NCBI GenBank assembly: GCA_965205015.1
Contig: OZ242029.1
Span: 3,168,001 to 3,232,000 of the forward strand
Length of the DNA stretch: 64,000 bases
Direction of reading: 5' to 3'
Origin: Candidatus Poribacteria bacterium
GTDB taxonomy: Bacteria > Poribacteria > WGA-4E > WGA-3G
Positions 1-9,233 of the stretch are shown here, piece after piece. The notes below the pieces were generated by a model. The model saw only the letters and a list, made by a program, of their open reading frames with translations. It made no database searches and was not told the DNA's origin. A program made the position numbers and the translations under genes. How positions within the stretch are numbered: position 1 is the first letter of the stretch; the number at the start of each line of letters is the position of its first letter.

Positions 1-119
1 GACATGTCAGAAAAAAAGGATAGTGAAAAGTACGTTTTTCCGTAAAAAGAACGGAGCGAGGGAAAGGAAAAGGTGTTCAACCGCCTTTCCAAGACGTAGG
101 GAGTCAGGGGTTCGGTATC

Positions 120-142
120 GGGCGAGGGGACCTCGCCCCTAC
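120..142 (-). repeat. GTAG-type REP hairpin
   Basis: Minus strand reads GTAG-GGGCGAGG-TCC-CCTCGCCC: a GTAG tetranucleotide followed by a perfect 8-bp palindrome, just past a gene end. Confidence 0.75.
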
Positions 143-148
143 GACATG

Positions 149-625
149 TTATGAGGTGGGTCTGTAGAGCATCACCAAACAGCCACCGAGTGCGGCGAGC
201 AGGATACCTGCGACAAACTGCCATCGGACTGCCCCCCAGCCACCTGGTGGTGGATGCGATAGCGTCGCAACGATGGCGTTTACGATGGGTGCCCCCGCAA
301 AGACGATGGACATGACGACGGCAGGTCGACCGCCTGCGCCGAAGGCGAGTAGTACGCCGAATGCGCCAATTGCACCCACCAGTCCGGCGATAAACGACCA
401 GGAGACCCCCGAACCTGTAAATTGCCAATTGGATCCGTTAAGGATGAGCATCAAGGCGGAACCGATGACAGCCGCCAAAAGATACGCGAGTCCCACAAAG
501 AGGAACGCTTTATAGCGTCCATGCACGGGATCCGCCATAGAGACCTGCCCTTGATGTAGAAAAACACCGTAAAGTCCCCATGACGAAACGGTCATGAAAA
601 CAAAAATGAGCCATGTTTTAGACAT
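149..625 (-). CDS. Small integral membrane protein, DMT/EamA-like
   Basis: About five hydrophobic helices, with SWGLYG and VMSIVFAGAPIVNA motifs. Start moved to MSKTW (ATG at 625, GGAAG upstream). Confidence 0.7.
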   Translation of the reverse strand: MSKTWLIFVFMTVSSWGLYGVFLHQGQVSMADPVHGRYKAFLFVGLAYLLAAVIGSALMLILNGSNWQFTGSGVSWSFIAGLVGAIGAFGVLLAFGAGGRPAVVMSIVFAGAPIVNAIVATLSHPPPGGWGAVRWQFVAGILLAALGGCLVMLYRPTS

Positions 626-694
626 AATCCACTTCCTTCTTGATTGTTGGGGCGAAAGCACTTCCAGCGCGCGCCAGCAATTGAAACATTAGGT

Positions 695-814
695 AGGACT
701 TGCGCAAATTGGGTAGACCCACTGACTTTGAGGTGGTTTTAGCGATGGAAGCGCAATGAATTGCGCTACTACAAACCAATGACCTCACGAAAACGCGTAA
801 ACTGTGTAAGTCCT
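695..814. mobile_element. 120-bp MITE-like element with 12-bp terminal inverted repeats and an internal REP hairpin
   Basis: AGGACTTGCGCA (695-706) and TGTGTAAGTCCT (803-814) match 10/12 as inverted repeats. The internal GCGCAATGAATTGCGC-TACTAC has a close variant at about 31060. Confidence 0.55.
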
Positions 815-816
815 GG

Positions 817-2106
817 TTAGGTATACTTTTCAAACACCTTCAAAAGTTGTTCTGCGATGATTGTATCGTTAAACTTCTGATGCACATTGATTTTTCCGGT
901 TTCTCCGAGGTGTTCACGCCGCTCGGTATCGTTAAGGAGTTCGATGATGCCTGCCGCTACTGATTCAGGGGATTCCGGTTCAACGAGGATACCACCGTCA
1001 GTCGCCGCAATCATCTCAGGAAACGCGCCGTGTCGCGGTTGGACGACCGGTACACCATTGGCGAGCGACTCTATAATTGACAACCCTTTGGATTCACGGT
1101 AAACGGTGGGAACGGAAAAGACATGGAGACGATTGAGGAACTCAATTTTTTGCGTCCGCGTCACCTCACCGTGATGCACGAAACTGTCTGACAAATTCCA
1201 TGCCTGAATCTGGTTCACGAGTTCCTCAAGATAGGGTTCGTCTTTCTTACCGAGGTAACCGGCAACATGCAATTGAACCGTATCCGCCCCTAACGCGTCC
1301 GCTACCAGACGGAAAGCGTCCACCAAGATGTGTAGCCCCTTTTCAGGACAGATGCGCGCTAAGTAGCCAATAATAAAGGGCGGTGGTTCCGGTTTTTCGA
1401 CCGGCACGCCGTGTCCCTCCATGTTCAATCCCAGCGGGACAACATCAATCTTATCAGTAGATATGTTAAGGTAGGTATCTGCCATAAACTGCGCGTAATA
1501 GTCACAAGGTGCCACGAAGCCGTCTGGATCTATGGCACGTTCTCGAAGAAGCGTTAATGCCTCTGATTTGTATGGCTCGATAAGATCTTGCAGGAAAATA
1601 TCTTCACCTTGGAGGGCACAGATAACTGGGACATCTAACGCCTTTTTAATTTCTCTTGTGAAACCGACAAGCATGGAATTGGTGAGATAGACAATATCTG
1701 GTTTGTTCTCTTCAGCGAGCCATTTGACTAATTTCGCTAATTCTTTGCTTTGATGCCCCTGCTCTGCGCTGAGCATAGAAACTGTAAGTTGTCCAAGGTC
1801 TCGCGCGGCTGTTGAACTACTAAATCGCGCCAATCCGTTCAGTAGTGTCGGATTGTCGAGGAGTTTGTCTAAGGTCCACGGCGTGTGTCGAAAAAGGGAG
1901 AGTTTCTGTTGCAGATAGACGTTAATCCCACCGAAAAAGACGCGGTTCAGGCTCACATTTGCCTCATCTGTCCGAGTCGGGGTATACGTTGGAATCAGTG
2001 AAACGTTATGTCCCTGTTTTTTCAGGACCGTGGCTACCATGTTATCGTGGATACAGGTTCCGCAGTACATGCCAGCGGCGCCTGCGGTAATATAAGCAAC
2101 TTTCAT
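817..2106 (-). CDS. Glycosyltransferase family 4 (GT-B fold)
   Basis: IGYLARICPEKG and ESKGLSIIESLANGVPVV GT4 motifs; N-terminal GMYCGTC. Confidence 0.9.
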   Translation of the reverse strand: MKVAYITAGAAGMYCGTCIHDNMVATVLKKQGHNVSLIPTYTPTRTDEANVSLNRVFFGGINVYLQQKLSLFRHTPWTLDKLLDNPTLLNGLARFSSSTAARDLGQLTVSMLSAEQGHQSKELAKLVKWLAEENKPDIVYLTNSMLVGFTREIKKALDVPVICALQGEDIFLQDLIEPYKSEALTLLRERAIDPDGFVAPCDYYAQFMADTYLNISTDKIDVVPLGLNMEGHGVPVEKPEPPPFIIGYLARICPEKGLHILVDAFRLVADALGADTVQLHVAGYLGKKDEPYLEELVNQIQAWNLSDSFVHHGEVTRTQKIEFLNRLHVFSVPTVYRESKGLSIIESLANGVPVVQPRHGAFPEMIAATDGGILVEPESPESVAAGIIELLNDTERREHLGETGKINVHQKFNDTIIAEQLLKVFEKYT

Positions 2107-2220
2107 GTTTTCTCAAATGCACAGTGGGAGTATGGAGGCTTAAATCTTGGAATTATAGTATATCAGACTCACCCAAAAAAGTCATATCTATTTTTTTACC
2201 GATTAGCGGTCAGTAAGTAT

Positions 2221-2364
2221 CGCGAGCACAGTTCGCGCCTACACTAAAGCGTCAAGGTGATTTCGTTTTCGATTTCCCGTTTAGTTTTAGTTCCCTTCTG
2301 TGAAGAAAAAATATATAAAACGTAAGCGTTACACCTGTTACGACACACGGCGTGTGCCTACTAC
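2221..2364 (-). repeat. Two GTAG REP hairpins (2221-2242 and 2342-2364)
   Basis: Minus strand GTAGGCGCGAACTGTGCTCGCG and GTAGTAGGCACACGCCGTGTGTC; the second closely resembles 32283-32307. Confidence 0.65.
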
Positions 2365-2403
2365 TTTTAAAACTAAATAGCGCTGACTAAAGCGTAAAGA
2401 AAT

Positions 2404-2432
2404 TTGCATTTCCACTGCAATTGTGGTATCAT
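2404..2432 (+). promoter_or_regulatory. Sigma70-type promoter of rpmB
   Basis: TTGCAT-N17-TATCAT with an extended -10 TG. Confidence 0.65.
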
Positions 2433-2486
2433 TAATGTTTAGGTTTCACCAACACTTTAGAGAGAAAGAAGGAAGGAGACAGCACA

Positions 2487-2699
2487 ATGTCACGAGTCTG
2501 TACTATCTGTAGCAAACGTCCGATGACAGGCAACCGGATTAGTAAATCCCGTCGGCATACAAAACGGCGTTGGTTGCCGAATCTTCAACGGGTCAGGATT
2601 GAAACTGCGGACGGACCGAGACGGGTTCGCGTTTGCACGAATTGTCTACGGAGCGGAAGGATCGCCAAAGTTATTTCAAGGATGCCGGCACCGGTGTAG
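2487..2699 (+). CDS. rpmB: 50S ribosomal protein L28 (Zn-binding C+ form)
   Basis: MSRVCTIC...GNRISKS...TKRRWLPNLQ...VCTNCLRSG; strong SD GGAAGGAG. Confidence 0.97.
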   Translation: MSRVCTICSKRPMTGNRISKSRRHTKRRWLPNLQRVRIETADGPRRVRVCTNCLRSGRIAKVISRMPAPV

Positions 2700-2743
2700 A
2701 AGAGAAGCGTGATTTGGAGGTTGCTCTTACCGCGGGAATGCGT

Positions 2744-4951
2744 TTACGACTCGCGGGTGACACGCTGTACGCCTTTTAAGCGGCGAATCGCTTGCATGAC
2801 GTCATCGAGTTGTTCGGCACCTGTCACGTCTAAAGTCAGATTATCAGAGGCTTCGGCATCATAATCGACATCGGAGGATTCAAAGTTTCCGCGGCGGATA
2901 TTCACCTTGTATTGTGCGATGGCAGTTGTGATTTCACTGAGCATACCGGGCCGGTCGTTGCACTCAACGAGAATTTTGACGGGATAGATGGAAGGTGGGT
3001 GGTTTCCGTTTTCGGAGACTGGTTTTTCGCTCCACTGGACGGTTAAAAGGCGTTCGGGTTCGTCAAGGATACGGATGCACCCCGATCTATGGACAGACAC
3101 ACCGCGCCCGCGTGTGAGATAACCGACGACTTGGTCCCCAGGAATCGGGTTACAGCACTTCATAATTCGTATCATACCTAAGTCTATGTCGTTTTCAAGC
3201 TGAACAGCCGGGGGTGATTCGGGTTTTCCCCTTCCGTTAATATCTTCAGGAGATTCGGCTTCTGATTTCGGCACCTCAGGTTTCAGTAAATTAACGACTT
3301 GTGTCGCAGATTCATCGCCATTGCCAATCCGTACGAAAAGTTCCTCAAGATTTTTGAGTTTCAGTTGCTGTGCGATGTCATGGAGTTTCGGGGAATTGAG
3401 ATAATCCCGGGAATTAAGATAGGAAACCCGTAATTCCGCTGCGAGAAATTTCTTACCTAACTCCAATGCCTCAGCCCTATCCTTTTCACGAAACCAGTGA
3501 TTGATCTTCGTCCGTGCGGTGGCGGTTTTGACGTAGGACAACCAGCTCCGGCTTGGTCTCCCGTTGGGTTGTGTCCGAATATTGACCTGATCTCCGTTCT
3601 CAAGTACACGTCGGATGGGTGCGACAGCCCCGTTAATCTCTGCTCCGACACATGTGTTTCCAACATCGGTATGAATTTTATAGGCAAAATCAATCGCGGT
3701 CGCGCCGGCGGGTAACCTAAACAGTTCACCTTTCGGTGAAAAGACATAGACTTCGTCTTGGAAGAGTTCCAGTTTCATGGATTCCACGAAATGATGCGGG
3801 CTATCTTGTGCCTCTTGTATGTCCTCAAGTATCTGCTTATAGCTGGCGAAAATGGAACGTCCTTGTTGGCTCCTCGGTAATCCTTCCTTGTAGCTCCAAT
3901 GTGCGGCAATGCCATCTTCAGCAATCCTATGCATCTGATATGTGCGAATCTGTATTTCAACAGGTCTGCCGTCATCAAGAATCGTGGTGTGGAGTGACTG
4001 ATACCCGTTTTTCTTCGGCTGCCCGATCCAATCTCGAAGTCGATCTGGATGATAATTCCATTTGTGATGGAGTGCCCCGAGCGCGATGTAGCAATCCGCT
4101 TCGGTTTTGACGAGGATGCGAAGACCGATTAAGTCTCGGATTTCACTGAAGGGGGTCTTCTTCTGTTGCATCTTCTGATGGATACTATAGATATGCTTCG
4201 TTCTACCGTGGACATCGGCGAAAACATTCCGTTTTTCGAGTTCTCCGCGAATCTGCTTGACCATCTTTTCACAGTATGCCTCTCGCTCCGTGAGTTTCTG
4301 GTTCAGCAGTTCGGCAATTTTTCGGTATTCGATGGGATAGAGATGCTTAAATGCCAAGTCTTCCAAGCGGCCCATGATCCGCCAAAGTCCCAATCGATGT
4401 GCGATCGGGGCATAAATTTCCAAGGTTTCCTTGGCAACGCGTTGGCATTTCTCACTTGGGAGGAACTCCAGCGTTTCCATGTTATGCAGTCGATCGGCGA
4501 GTTTAATGAGGATGACTCGCATGTCAGCAGCGGTTGCTAACAGGAGTTTCCGGTAGGTTTCGGCTTGGCGTTTCCGATGGACTCGCTGTTCAACGGTGTT
4601 TTTAGCAGCCGGGGCTTGGGAAGCGATACCGAGTTTATACTGACCGATCTTTGTGACGCCTTCGACGAGATTCGTGATATTGGCACCGAACCGAATTTTC
4701 ATCTCTTCACGCGTGATGCTCGTATCTTCGAGGACATCGTGCATGAGTCCGGCACAGATCGTGTGTGTATCGAGTCGGAGCTCGGCGAGTATCTCAGCGG
4801 TTTTAACGCAATGCGTGAAATAGGGTTCCCCGGATTTTCGCTGTTGCCCGTCATGTGCTTCTTGGGAAAAACGGTAACAACGCGCCAGCAGTTCAACCTC
4901 TGCATCGGGATTATAGGCTTGAATTTGGCTCACTAAGGATTTGATACTCAT
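2744..4951 (-). CDS. rel: Bifunctional (p)ppGpp synthetase/hydrolase (long RSH)
   Basis: RKSGEPY, HDVLED (intact HD motif), KLADRLHNM, GYQSLHTT, EIQIRT, TGS domain (AIDFAY), CCNPIPGD and a C-terminal ACT domain. Confidence 0.97.
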   Translation of the reverse strand: MSIKSLVSQIQAYNPDAEVELLARCYRFSQEAHDGQQRKSGEPYFTHCVKTAEILAELRLDTHTICAGLMHDVLEDTSITREEMKIRFGANITNLVEGVTKIGQYKLGIASQAPAAKNTVEQRVHRKRQAETYRKLLLATAADMRVILIKLADRLHNMETLEFLPSEKCQRVAKETLEIYAPIAHRLGLWRIMGRLEDLAFKHLYPIEYRKIAELLNQKLTEREAYCEKMVKQIRGELEKRNVFADVHGRTKHIYSIHQKMQQKKTPFSEIRDLIGLRILVKTEADCYIALGALHHKWNYHPDRLRDWIGQPKKNGYQSLHTTILDDGRPVEIQIRTYQMHRIAEDGIAAHWSYKEGLPRSQQGRSIFASYKQILEDIQEAQDSPHHFVESMKLELFQDEVYVFSPKGELFRLPAGATAIDFAYKIHTDVGNTCVGAEINGAVAPIRRVLENGDQVNIRTQPNGRPSRSWLSYVKTATARTKINHWFREKDRAEALELGKKFLAAELRVSYLNSRDYLNSPKLHDIAQQLKLKNLEELFVRIGNGDESATQVVNLLKPEVPKSEAESPEDINGRGKPESPPAVQLENDIDLGMIRIMKCCNPIPGDQVVGYLTRGRGVSVHRSGCIRILDEPERLLTVQWSEKPVSENGNHPPSIYPVKILVECNDRPGMLSEITTAIAQYKVNIRRGNFESSDVDYDAEASDNLTLDVTGAEQLDDVMQAIRRLKGVQRVTRES

Positions 4952-7487
4952 GTGCTATGCGCTCCCACATAGATACGATGTTTTCGTTTAATTGAAACTC
5001 TATGAAAGCAGGACTCGTCTGCTTAATCCATTCCCCTCTCAGATAGGTCGGTGAACGAGACAAGTCGCTTTTCTCACCCGATAGGAGTTTTACAAGTCTG
5101 CGACCCGGTTTCCCCTGCCGTTCAATAAACTGTAGTTCCTCAAAGATAGAGAGTCCAGTGTGAAGTGCTGACGGGGTCCCAAATCCGCCTTTTAGGATTT
5201 CTGCTTCAGGGTAACCCTCTGTGCCATTGGATTGTATAACCGCTCGTATGTGTCCATACAAGCGCCGCAATTCGTCACCTGTCGGATATTTTTCGGAAAC
5301 CCAATTGTGCATCTCCGCTTCATCTGTATTGTTATAGATGAGATGCAGATAGGAGGTTTCGGCAGTCGCGAAAGCGGGGTCACACCGTTTAAAAAAGAGG
5401 TCTTGGTTCGATGCGAGGTGACAAAAGGCGATGTGTTTAACAAAAGGAAATGCTTGCAGACGAGAAAAAGTACGACTCGATGCGATTGTCCGCAGTTCAC
5501 CGGTTTCCAATTGTTTCAATAACGCCGTTTCCTCTGTTTCTGATGTCGCTTCAGTGTGCCGCGCGATTCCGTCGATGCTCTCCGGTAAAAGTTTTGTAAG
5601 CAGGAGATCTAACATCTCTTCGTCTCGTACATAAATTATACAAGATTCCTCTCGCGCAAGCAAGTTTAAAAGATAATTCTTTTTATTAACGTTCCGTTTG
5701 TCAACAAGTTTTACAGCAGATTCATCACTGAGTTTCGGAAATACATTCCAGTTCGTGTCTCTGCCTTCGGTGTGGACCTCCCAATCTTCAAGAATCAGTT
5801 GGACGGAACGGGTGCCTTGCCACTCATTGATTTGGGGTGAAAAGGCGATATTGAGCGACATGTTGGGACGTCTGAAAGTGATAAGTTTGTCCCCTGCTCC
5901 CCAGTCAATCGCGCATCGTTTGACCGTGTGATCGCTAACAAACATTCGCAGATGGTTTTTCTCTTTTCCGATTTGGGTCGGCACCCCATTTACTTTAACA
6001 CGGCGTGTACCGAAATGCGGTTTCGGATTATCCTTTCCGAAGGGTTCAAATTGTTCGAGTTCCTTTAGGGTCTCTAACGTTAGAAGTGAGAGACGCGTTT
6101 CAAACTCAAGTTCAAGTTTCGGTTGCAATGCTTCTTCTGTGAGATGTTCACAAGCGTATTCGTTGAAAGCCTTCCTGAATTTGGAAATATTTTTCTTTTT
6201 CAGTGTTAACCCCGCCGCTGCTGCGTGTCCACCGTGTTTTACAAGCAATTCGGTGCAGGCAACAAAACTATCAGCAAGGTTCATTCCGTCGATACACCGT
6301 CCAGATCCAGTGGCTTCATCGCCGTTAATGGCGAGGACAACGGTGGGCTTGTAGAAGGTTTCCTTCAGACGGGCGGCAACGATACCGACTACCCCTTGTG
6401 CCTTTTCTTTCCATTTGTCACTGGCAACAACAATTCCGAGAGTATCCTCATCTATCTCTTTTTCAATGATTTCCAATGCTTCGTCTTGAATCTGCTTTCC
6501 GAGTTCTTGTCGCTTCTGATTTGCTTGGTTGAGTTCAGAGGCGATCCGAGTTGCGACATCCTCGGCATCGGTGGTGAGGAGTTCAACCACTTTGCCTGCG
6601 GTATCGATGCGTCCAGCGGCATTGATCCGGGGTCCCAACTTAAAAGAGATTGCTTGTCCGTCAAGCGGTGTGTCAATTTGATGACCCGCTGCTTCGCACA
6701 AGGCATGAACCCCTGGTCGTTCGCGTTTGTCGAGTTCTGCTAATCCCAAGCGGCTCAAAATGCGATTCTCCCCGGTCAGCGATGCAATATCTGCGACGGT
6801 CCCCAATGCGACCAGATCAAGGAGTGACTCCAGAAACGCCGTATCGTCTGTTAACCCTTGTGCCACTTTGAAGGCTAAACCGACACCCGCGAGTTCGGTG
6901 TAAGGGTATTCGTTCCCCGGGATCTTCGGTGAGATCAGGGCGTATGCGGGTGGCTGTTCCGTCTCTGGCTGGTGGTGGTCGGTGACGATAACATCGATAC
7001 CGAGTTGGTTCGCCAACGCGACCTCTTTCACCGAAGTGATGCCACAGTCGACCGTAATTAGTAACTTTGCCTTGGTTTTCTGATGAATCTTCTCTACGGT
7101 AGCTTCGCTAAGTCCGTAACCGTCTCCAAACCGATTCGGGATATAGTAGTCAACGGGGACATCCATCTGGCGGAACGTATTGAGGAGCAGTGCAGTCGCG
7201 GTTGTACCATCGACATCGTAATCGCCATAGACACAGATTTTCTCACCGCGAGCGATCGCTTGGTGTATCCGTTCTACGGCTTTGTCCATATCTGCTAACT
7301 TAAAGGGGGAGTGCAGTTCATCAAGCGTTGGGTAGAGGTAGGATCGTGCTTCGGTGGCTGTTTTTATGCCTCGATTGACGAGCAGTTGTGCAGCGAACGG
7401 GGAGATCCCTATTTCGGATGCCAATGTTAGGCTGCTATCAAAATCTGAATTTTTGAATCGCCACTTTTTGCGAGGGGGTTTTTTCAT
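4911..7487 (-). CDS. recJ: ssDNA-specific exonuclease RecJ with long C-terminal extension
   Basis: GDYDVDG, TVDCG, TDHH, GTVAD, PRINAAGR and GGHAAAAG motifs. Start taken at MKKPP (7487); overlaps rel by 41 bp. Confidence 0.95.
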   Translation of the reverse strand: MKKPPRKKWRFKNSDFDSSLTLASEIGISPFAAQLLVNRGIKTATEARSYLYPTLDELHSPFKLADMDKAVERIHQAIARGEKICVYGDYDVDGTTATALLLNTFRQMDVPVDYYIPNRFGDGYGLSEATVEKIHQKTKAKLLITVDCGITSVKEVALANQLGIDVIVTDHHQPETEQPPAYALISPKIPGNEYPYTELAGVGLAFKVAQGLTDDTAFLESLLDLVALGTVADIASLTGENRILSRLGLAELDKRERPGVHALCEAAGHQIDTPLDGQAISFKLGPRINAAGRIDTAGKVVELLTTDAEDVATRIASELNQANQKRQELGKQIQDEALEIIEKEIDEDTLGIVVASDKWKEKAQGVVGIVAARLKETFYKPTVVLAINGDEATGSGRCIDGMNLADSFVACTELLVKHGGHAAAAGLTLKKKNISKFRKAFNEYACEHLTEEALQPKLELEFETRLSLLTLETLKELEQFEPFGKDNPKPHFGTRRVKVNGVPTQIGKEKNHLRMFVSDHTVKRCAIDWGAGDKLITFRRPNMSLNIAFSPQINEWQGTRSVQLILEDWEVHTEGRDTNWNVFPKLSDESAVKLVDKRNVNKKNYLLNLLAREESCIIYVRDEEMLDLLLTKLLPESIDGIARHTEATSETEETALLKQLETGELRTIASSRTFSRLQAFPFVKHIAFCHLASNQDLFFKRCDPAFATAETSYLHLIYNNTDEAEMHNWVSEKYPTGDELRRLYGHIRAVIQSNGTEGYPEAEILKGGFGTPSALHTGLSIFEELQFIERQGKPGRRLVKLLSGEKSDLSRSPTYLRGEWIKQTSPAFIEFQLNENIVSMWERIAHEYQILSEPNSSL

Positions 7488-7571
7488 GACACGCCTTCTA
7501 TTCCTGTTAAGATGGAAGACCTGCACTTTGCAATACAGGGGCTTGCGAACGATACTTTTTCAACTATGGAT

Positions 7572-7600
7572 ATGGTACCATAAAAATTTGGAATTGTCAA
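7572..7600 (-). promoter_or_regulatory. Sigma70-type promoter of recJ-rel
   Basis: Minus strand TTGACA-N17-TACCAT with TG extension. Confidence 0.65.
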
Positions 7601-7669
7601 TTTTTTCTATACTGAAATCGCTGCCAGTTGTTGCTGAAAACTGGGGGTTTCTGCGGTTGTAAATATAAC

Positions 7670-7698
7670 TTGACAAAATTAATTACATGTGGTATTAT
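7670..7698 (+). promoter_or_regulatory. Sigma70-type promoter of the ferredoxin gene
   Basis: TTGACA-N17-TATTAT with TG extension, leaving a leader of about 160 nt. Confidence 0.75.
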
Positions 7699-7866
7699 TA
7701 TAGTGTCCTGATCGCAACTCAGCAGACAATATACAAAATGCCACATACGACGATACTTTTGTAACGCCTTCATCAAATAGGGACTAACCTCGTCCGTTCA
7801 ATGAAGTTACCCCACGTGTGATATGGAGGCTCTTATTGTAAATCAAGCCGAAAGGAGTTTTCTGAT

Positions 7867-8124
7867 ATGACGTATGTGATTTGTGAACCGTGTATCGACG
7901 TTAAAGACAGTGCATGCGTTGATGTATGCCCAGTAGACTGCATTCATCCGCTACCGGATGCCGACGAGTTTGAGGAAACGAATCAGCTCTACATCGACCC
8001 GGAAGAATGCATCGATTGTGGTGTATGCGAACCCGAGTGTCCCGTCGAAGCCATCTTTATGGAGGAAGATGTTCCCGAAGAATGGGAAGAGTTCATTGAT
8101 ATCAATGCGGAGTACTTTGAATAA
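7867..8124 (+). CDS. fdxA: Dicluster 4Fe-4S/3Fe-4S ferredoxin (FdxA type)
   Basis: YVICEPCIDVKDSACVDVCPVDCI and CIDCGVCEPECPVEAI; SD AAAGGAG. Confidence 0.93.
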   Translation: MTYVICEPCIDVKDSACVDVCPVDCIHPLPDADEFEETNQLYIDPEECIDCGVCEPECPVEAIFMEEDVPEEWEEFIDINAEYFE

Positions 8125-8161
8125 CGGATAGTAGGAATAATCCTTCAATCACAACGCGTTG

Positions 8162-8218
8162 AACGGTTGTTGATCTGTGCGACACGCTTCAGTCCCACGA
8201 TCAGCAGCCGTTTTTTTT
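8162..8218 (+). terminator. Intrinsic terminator after ferredoxin
   Basis: AACGGTTGTTGATC pairs with GATCAGCAGCCGTT and is followed by a T-tract. Confidence 0.65.
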
Positions 8219-8251
8219 CTAAATGGAAAGCATCTTTTTTGAGAAGGCATC

Positions 8252-8569
8252 ATGCAAAAATTCCAACCGACTCGCATTGAAAGAGGCAGTACAAGTTTAG
8301 AAATCCAATGGAAAGATTCACATCACAGTGAGTTGTCCTACCGCTTCCTCCGACAAAAATGTCCATGTGCCCGTTGCGAGGCAACACGTTCCGGAAAAGA
8401 TCCTTTTCGCATTCTACCCTCTGATGATTTTTTTGAAAACCTACGGCTTGTGGACATTCAACGCGTCGGACGCTATGCCGTGAGATTGATATGGAACGAT
8501 GGACACCGCACCGGAATTTATACGTTCCAATTTTTGCGTGAGTTGCGTGAAAACACACCTGAAACTTAG
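8252..8569 (+). CDS. DUF971 / gamma-butyrobetaine hydroxylase-like N-terminal domain protein
   Basis: LEIQWKDSH, LRQKCPCARC and VGRYAVRLIWNDGHRTGIYTFQFLR. Confidence 0.88.
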   Translation: MQKFQPTRIERGSTSLEIQWKDSHHSELSYRFLRQKCPCARCEATRSGKDPFRILPSDDFFENLRLVDIQRVGRYAVRLIWNDGHRTGIYTFQFLRELRENTPET

Positions 8570-8655
8570 GTTTCATTTGCGGCGTGTTGTGAATTTAAAA
8601 AAAGAGGTGAGGTCCAACCTCGCTAACGAGAGAACCCTAAGAGCTCTGTTTTGCG

Positions 8656-9225
8656 TCATTCTGATAATAATCGCGAGACGAGATAGCAGTTGGGGGTCTT
8701 CTGGGTAGCTCCCAGCTCTGTGCTAAGATTCTGACACACTTTCCAATAGCGATCGTAACTGAGTGGACGGAAGCGGCGACGTTTTCCAATGAAGGTTTTG
8801 TGACAACAGGCTAATTCATTGCTGCTATGAATCGGATATCCCCAGACACGACAGATGACGGGACGGTGTTCGTAAACACTACAGACCCCACCGATTAACA
8901 TGGGACATTCACCTTCAGGTGTGCCTTTTATGGCGCCAATGGCTTCCATGCCAGCATCGGGCATTATATTTTGAGCATCATAGCCGTGCGCCTTCAATTT
9001 TCTGATGCTCTGTTCCGCTTTTCGGCGAATGTGTGAACGGATTTCAGCAGGAAGTGCTTCCAATCCGACCTTTAAGTCGCGAGCCTCGACCTCACTTATC
9101 GCCATAGTTGCGGTGTTTTGACAGCAGGAAAAGCAGGTAGATGGGCAGGGCACACCCCCCGATTCTTCACGCAAACGTTCGATGTCGCGCTGAATCTCAT
9201 CAAGGAGTTCATGGTATGCTTTCAT
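8656..9225 (-). CDS. YkgJ/FliB-family cysteine-cluster (Fe-S/Zn) protein
   Basis: CPSTCFSCC, CPML...CSVYEHRPVICRVWG. Confidence 0.88.
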   Translation of the reverse strand: MKAYHELLDEIQRDIERLREESGGVPCPSTCFSCCQNTATMAISEVEARDLKVGLEALPAEIRSHIRRKAEQSIRKLKAHGYDAQNIMPDAGMEAIGAIKGTPEGECPMLIGGVCSVYEHRPVICRVWGYPIHSSNELACCHKTFIGKRRRFRPLSYDRYWKVCQNLSTELGATQKTPNCYLVSRLLSE

Positions 9226-9233
9226 TGTAGCAC

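Noticed and set aside
8250-8576. 108-aa antisense ORF spanning the DUF971 gene
   Set aside because: It has no recognisable motif, and the plus-strand gene explains the sequence.
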